A stretch of DNA of 32,000 bases, taken from NCBI RefSeq assembly GCF_000621645.1, contig NZ_KK211323.1, positions 30,001 through 62,000 of the forward strand. Reading direction: 5' to 3'. This DNA is from Vibrio cholerae ATCC 14035 (GTDB taxonomy: Bacteria > Pseudomonadota > Gammaproteobacteria > Enterobacterales > Vibrionaceae). Both the position numbers and the translations under genes were made by a program. Position 1 is the first letter of the stretch. Each line of letters begins with the position of its first letter. A model generated the notes under the pieces. That model ran no database searches. It was not told where the DNA came from and saw only the letters and a list, made by a program, of their open reading frames with translations. Positions 28,474-32,000 of the stretch are shown one piece after another.

Positions 28474-29442
28474 TTACTGCTGGTTTTCTTTATCAGTGAA
28501 AATGCCTGCGAATAGAGCTGTGCTCAAGTAACGTTCACCTGAACTTGGTAACACGGTAACTATAGTTTTTCCTTCAAATTCAGGTAATTGTGCGATTCGG
28601 TTAGCGGCAACAACAGCAGCACCAGAAGAGATCCCCGCGAGAATGCCTTCTTCTTCCATTAGGCGACGCGCCATTTCAATCGCCTCGTCTGAGGTGACTC
28701 GCTCAACACGATCAATCAAGCTTAAATCTAAGTTACCAGGGATAAAACCGGCACCGATACCTTGAATTTTATGTGGTGCAGGTTTGATTTCTTCTCCCGC
28801 CAGCGCTTGTGTAATGACCGATGATTCAGCCGGTTCAACCGCAACAGAAAGAATAGCTTTACCTTGAGTGCCTTTGATGTAGCGACTGGTACCCGTTAAT
28901 GTACCGCCAGTACCTACACCAGCAACAAACACATCAATTTGACCATCTGTTGCATCCCAAATCTCTGGGCCTGTGGTCTTTTCATGGATCTGCGGGTTAG
29001 CTGGGTTATTGAATTGCTGGAGGAGCAAATATTTTTCTGGGTTGCTGGCAACAATCTCTTCTGCTTTCGCAATCGCGCCTTTCATGCCTTTTGCTGCTTC
29101 AGTCAGTTCTAAATTGGCGCCAAGTGCTTTGAGTAGCTTACGACGCTCTAAACTCATCGATTCAGGCATGGTCAGAGTTAACTTGTATCCACGAGCTGCA
29201 GCAACAAACGCTAGGGCAACACCAGTATTACCACTTGTTGGCTCTACTAATTCAACGCCAGGCTTGAGTTTGCCTTGCTTTTCAGCTTCCCAAATCATAT
29301 TGGCTCCGATTCGGCATTTTACGCTGAAGCTTGGGTTGCGTGCTTCAATCTTAGCCAGCACTTTGCCGTTAGAGACTTTGTTTAAGCGCACTAGTGGGGT
29401 GTTACCAATAGTCAGTGAATTGTCTTCGTAGATTTTGCTCAT
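28474..29442 (-). CDS. cysK: Cysteine synthase A (O-acetylserine sulfhydrylase).
   Basis: 322 aa. [22 protein letters not shown]-terminus, PLP-lysine context [13 protein letters not shown] loop. Confidence 0.96.
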   Translation of the reverse strand: MSKIYEDNSLTIGNTPLVRLNKVSNGKVLAKIEARNPSFSVKCRIGANMIWEAEKQGKLKPGVELVEPTSGNTGVALAFVAAARGYKLTLTMPESMSLERRKLLKALGANLELTEAAKGMKGAIAKAEEIVASNPEKYLLLQQFNNPANPQIHEKTTGPEIWDATDGQIDVFVAGVGTGGTLTGTSRYIKGTQGKAILSVAVEPAESSVITQALAGEEIKPAPHKIQGIGAGFIPGNLDLSLIDRVERVTSDEAIEMARRLMEEEGILAGISSGAAVVAANRIAQLPEFEGKTIVTVLPSSGERYLSTALFAGIFTDKENQQ

Positions 29443-29485
29443 GGCGATGTTCCTTCATTCGTTACGCAGTGAGTGTGCGTGAATA

Positions 29486-29526
29486 CTTAGTGAATATGGA
29501 CAGAGAATAAGTTCATATTCACTAAG
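29486..29526. repeat. Perfect 13-bp inverted repeat between the cysZ stop and the cysK start.
   Basis: CTTAGTGAATATG (29486-29498) and CATATTCACTAAG (29514-29526), separated by 15 nt. Confidence 0.7.
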
Positions 29527-29564
29527 CGAAAAGGATTAAAAAGTTATAACTTATGTGGTGCTTG

Positions 29565-30317
29565 TTATTGGCGCAGAGGGGAGTGTTGTGTCTTAAATTC
29601 CATCACCCACATCGCCGTCGCGCCACACACGGCAACTGGGACGATGAAGAGGTTCACAATCGGAATGCTCGTGAAAAAAGCGACCAGCATACCAAATCCA
29701 TAGGCCTTACTTTGATTTTGTTTCAAAGTGTTACGCATGTCATGGAAGCTGATTTTGTGGTTATCGAAGGGATAGTCGCAATACTGTATAGCCAACATCC
29801 AAGCCGTGAACAGGAACCAAGCAATAGGGCCTAAGGTTTGCCCAAGTGCTGGGATCAGTAATAGCAGGAATAAGCCAAGTGCTTTGGGAAGCACGTAAAG
29901 CAGTTTCCGCCATTCTCGACTAAGGATTCGAGGAACGTCTTTGACCAGTGCCCAGACGCCTTCCTCACCGATGCGTTCACCTGATAGATGCTGCTCCACC
30001 TTTTCGGCCAATAGACCATTAAATGGCGAGGCAATAAAGTTGGCTAAGGTACTAAAAAAATAGGAGAAAGTAGCGAGAATGGTTAATGCTAACAGCGGCC
30101 AAAGTACATAACTTAGCCAAGAGAGAAACGAAGGTAATTGTCCTATCCACTCGCTGATCCAAGTGTCTAAATGGCTGAATAAGTAGTACATAGCACCGCC
30201 GACTAAGATGATGTTAGCCAGTAGCGGAAGAACAACGAACCGACGTATGCCTGGCGTTAAAGCCAAACGTATGCCGTAAGAGAAGTAGCCGAACCCGGAA
30301 CGTGAGCTGATCTGCAT
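29565..30317 (-). CDS. cysZ: Sulfate transporter CysZ.
   Basis: 250 aa membrane protein. PGIRRFVVLPLLANI and AIQYCDYPFDNHK motifs match E. coli CysZ as recalled. Confidence 0.92.
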   Translation of the reverse strand: MQISSRSGFGYFSYGIRLALTPGIRRFVVLPLLANIILVGGAMYYLFSHLDTWISEWIGQLPSFLSWLSYVLWPLLALTILATFSYFFSTLANFIASPFNGLLAEKVEQHLSGERIGEEGVWALVKDVPRILSREWRKLLYVLPKALGLFLLLLIPALGQTLGPIAWFLFTAWMLAIQYCDYPFDNHKISFHDMRNTLKQNQSKAYGFGMLVAFFTSIPIVNLFIVPVAVCGATAMWVMEFKTQHSPLRQ

Positions 30318-30546
30318 AAAAACGGTATTCTCCTTGATAAACCGAGTGAAGATTGTACTTGATTGATACTGAAGTGAAATGACGAAACTGCAAAAAACGC
30401 GTCATCTTTTCAACTTCTCACATTAAGTTGTTCTAAATTCAACGAGAGTTTTGGTAAAGTACCCCGACAAGTCAAAAACACACCCTGATAAACGTCCTGT
30501 CGGGCGCTAGAGCTCAGAACATCAAACGGGATACTGAGAGTTTAAG

Positions 30547-31422
30547 ATGCAGGAACTGCGATTCGTATTGATAATTGTTGGCGCGTTGGCGATAGCGGCG
30601 TTGCTGTTTCATGGTCTGTGGACCAGCAAAAAAGAGGGAAAGTCCAAGTTTGGTGATAAACCTCTGCGCAAGATGAAAGTCGAAAGTGATGATCCGCCTT
30701 CGCGTGCCTTTGCGGCGGAAGACGATTTCGAAATCATCCGCAAGGAACGCAAAGAGCCTGATTTTGGCATTCCGAATCAACAGCACGATCCTCTGATCTC
30801 TGATTTCGCGGCCCATGATGAGCTGGATGAAGAAGAGGATGAGGAAGCGCGCATTCCGGTTCAGCCTCAATCCCAACCTCAACCTAGAAAGGTTCAACCC
30901 CAGGTTGAGATGCCTCGAGTTGCGCCAAACGTGCCAATGGCTAAGGTGCAACCTGAAGTGGTGACCGAGATTGAGGTACAAGAGCCGCAGGAAGAAAAGC
31001 TGGATGTGATTGTGCTCAATGTACACTGTGCTGGTAACCAGCCTTTTATCGGGACCAAACTGTTCGATAGCATGCAGCAAAATGGTTTGTTATTTGGTGA
31101 GATGGATATTTTCCATCGCCATGCGGATCTCTCTGGAACGGGGAAAGTGTTGTTTAGTGTCGCGAATATGATGCAACCTGGTACCCTGATGCATGATGAT
31201 CCTGCGGACTTTTCAACCAAAGGCATCTCCTTTTTTATGACACTGCCGTGTTTTGGCGATCCTGAGCAAAACTTCAAGTTGATGCTAAAAACCGCTCAAC
31301 AAATTGCCGATGATCTTGGTGGGCATGTGTTGGACGATGCTCGTAATTTAATGACTCCAAACCGACTTGATGCTTATCGTAAGCAAATTCAAGAGTTTAA
31401 AGTTCGAGCCGCTCAAGCCTAG
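30547..31422 (+). CDS. zipA: Cell division protein ZipA.
   Basis: N-terminal TM anchor [22 protein letters not shown], charged region, P/Q-rich linker, and C-terminal FtsZ-binding domain ([12 protein letters not shown]...FFM). Confidence 0.94.
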
Positions 31423-31506
31423 GTTTTGGATATTCATTCAAGCACCACGCGATAGCGTGCTGCTTTACTTCGTCAGTAACAAGATAAAGATATCCCTAGT
31501 TATACT

Positions 31507-32000
<494 letters not shown>

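Noticed and set aside
28973-29431. Plus-strand 152-aa ORF opposite cysK. A similar antisense ORF lies opposite ybeZ at 21918-22346.
   Set aside because: Both are shadow ORFs inside confidently identified genes.
30820-30990. Repetitive CCTCAA/CCNCAG DNA in zipA as a possible tandem repeat or contingency locus.
   Set aside because: It encodes the known P/Q-rich flexible linker of ZipA ([16 protein letters not shown]). The repeats are imperfect and in frame.
30514-31277. Minus-strand ORFs of 188 aa and 127 aa opposite zipA.
   Set aside because: They are antisense to the well-supported zipA gene. The Leu/Arg-rich repetitive translation mirrors the P/Q/E-rich zipA linker.

Overview
This window reads as a conserved gammaproteobacterial housekeeping block. 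Gene content and order best fit Vibrio cholerae chromosome 1, roughly VC0937 to VC0971. That assignment is from memory of protein sequences and synteny; no searches were run.

Gene order, left to right:
- 3' end of the VPS-II exopolysaccharide cluster: vpsO (partial), vpsP, vpsQ.
- An ERIC/IRU repeat.
- A YitT-like membrane protein, then glyA.
- A small orphan lipoprotein.
- A long minus-strand run: lipA, lipB, ybeD, dacA, rlpA, rodA, mrdA, rlmH, rsfS, holA, lptE, leuS.
- ybeL on the plus strand.
- A second minus-strand run: lnt, corC, ybeY, ybeZ (phoH-like), miaB.
- ubiF-like on the plus strand.
- crr, ptsI, ptsH, cysK and cysZ on the minus strand.
- zipA and the 5' part of ligA on the plus strand. 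The supplied ORF track does not list ligA because it has no stop codon inside the window.

Coding density is high, and most other ORF-track entries are antisense shadows of real genes. I see no CRISPR array, rRNA, tRNA, transposase, integrase or phage gene.

I find no convincing evidence for a novel multi-gene system. The points worth a second look are modest:
- the poorly understood vpsP and vpsQ genes;
- the ERIC element at the vps boundary;
- a near-consensus PurR box in the glyA leader;
- strong stem-loops or inverted repeats inside operons (leuS-lptE, miaB-ybeZ, ptsH-ptsI, ptsI-crr, cysZ-cysK);
- a 23-bp AT-rich inverted repeat upstream of ptsH that resembles a NagC/Mlc-type operator.
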